NCBI GenBank assembly: GCA_034423195.1 | Contig: DAOUIZ010000023.1 | Span: 92,028 to 156,027 of the forward strand | From: Dehalococcoidia bacterium | Lineage (GTDB): Bacteria; Chloroflexota; Dehalococcoidia; Lucifugimonadales; UBA3495 | Direction: 5' to 3' | DNA length: 64,000 bases | Shown here: one piece after another, positions 63,475-64,000 of the stretch | Layout: the number at the start of each line of letters is the position of its first letter | Numbering within the stretch: the stretch's first letter is position 1 | Position numbers and translations under genes: made by a program | Notes under the pieces: model-generated | The model's database searches: none | Told to the model about the DNA's origin: nothing | Seen by the model: only the letters and a program-made list of their open reading frames with translations

Positions 63475-64000
63475 CTACCCCCTGCCGCCCTGGTAGTACT
63501 TGGCCACCGCTCCCCATCCGGCCGCTTGGCGCTCGGTGTACCGGGCGGGCATCCGTGGGCTCTTCCACCGTCCCGCCGTCATCAGCTCGGGGAGGGAGAA
63601 GCCGGCGGCGGCCAGGTCCTGGCTCATCCCGACGCGACCCGAGTGGCCGGTGATGTCCCTCCAGTCCGGGAGCCCCGCGGCCCGGGCGGCCTGCTGCAGG
63701 CGCCGACGGATAGTGTCGGGATGTAGGCCGAAGACCGGCGTGGCGGCGTCGGCCACCGCCTCCTCGGGGCGGATGGCCAGCAGGGCATCGACGGCGGCCG
63801 GCCCCAAGTACAAGAACGTGCCCTCAGCCTCCTGGTCCGTCTTGGACTCCGGGATCCGGATGCGGCCGCTGCCGTCCCCCGCCAACTCCACGTCCCCCCA
63901 GCGCAGGGCAGTGGCCTCGGAGACCCGCAGCAGCCCGTCCCTGAGGACAGCGGCCAGGGCAACATCCACTAGGCCCCGCCGGAGGGCGGACTCCTCCGTC
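63475..64000 (-). CDS. tyrosine recombinase/integrase (partial; 5-prime end beyond window)
   Basis: C-terminal catalytic domain: LRVSEATALRWGDV, GHSGRVGMSQDL (H-x-x-R) and GRWKSPRMPARYT (catalytic Tyr region). The ORF is open at the window end. Confidence 0.85.
   Translation of the reverse strand, partial: TEESALRRGLVDVALAAVLRDGLLRVSEATALRWGDVELAGDGSGRIRIPESKTDQEAEGTFLYLGPAAVDALLAIRPEEAVADAATPVFGLHPDTIRRRLQQAARAAGLPDWRDITGHSGRVGMSQDLAAAGFSLPELMTAGRWKSPRMPARYTERQAAGWGAVAKYYQGGRG

Overview
High-GC bacterial chromosome segment (GC judged by eye, taxon not determinable from sequence alone) in two parts. (1) Positions 1 to ~21.1 kb are a housekeeping backbone. It carries asd-dapB, a lipoprotein-type nirK behind a perfect consensus promoter, and rpsO-pnp, where PNPase has a ~130-aa Arg/Gly-rich tail. 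It also carries a rubrerythrin-VIT1 (MbfA-like) gene behind a Fur-box-like AT-rich operator, a DASS-type permease, argF, der-plsY-gpsA, DUF488, ispH, thrC, a hotdog thioesterase and an NCS2 permease. Small accessory inserts sit among these: two PaREP1/HEPN-like paralogues and a DUF4258/DUF2283-like toxin-antitoxin pair. (2) Positions ~21.1 to 64 kb are a mosaic mobile/defence island. In order it contains: a Zn-ribbon transposase-like gene; an AlpA + PrimPol/D5-helicase replication module followed by inverted iteron clusters; an orphan ABC-type ATPase abutted by an ISNCY transposase remnant; two ankyrin-repeat proteins; an HTH-TPR gene split at a G9 tract; a type II CBASS operon (CapH/CapP-CapV-CD-NTase-Cap2, no Cap3 seen); a serine recombinase with a hix/res-like site; an internally duplicated PD-(D/E)xK-like protein; a secreted trypsin-like protease; McrBC; a 1355-aa HTH-Mrr-STAND protein driven by an AT-rich consensus promoter with two palindromic operators; an internally deleted Tn3-family element inserted in a decayed tyrosine recombinase; a 1166-aa Cas4/Dna2-like nuclease + exonuclease + SF1 helicase with a divergent HsdR_N-like nuclease; IS21 remnants; a visibly lower-GC module (two unknown genes, a decayed resolvase, wHTH+DUF2971, a HEPN-OB protein); and a tyrosine recombinase running off the window end. 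No rRNA, complete tRNA or CRISPR array was recognised. The best candidates for undescribed systems are the HTH-Mrr-STAND gene with its operators, the nuclease-helicase/HsdR_N pair, the duplicated nuclease-like protein, and the wHTH-DUF2971 / HEPN-OB module. All family calls come from motif recognition by eye, with no database search.
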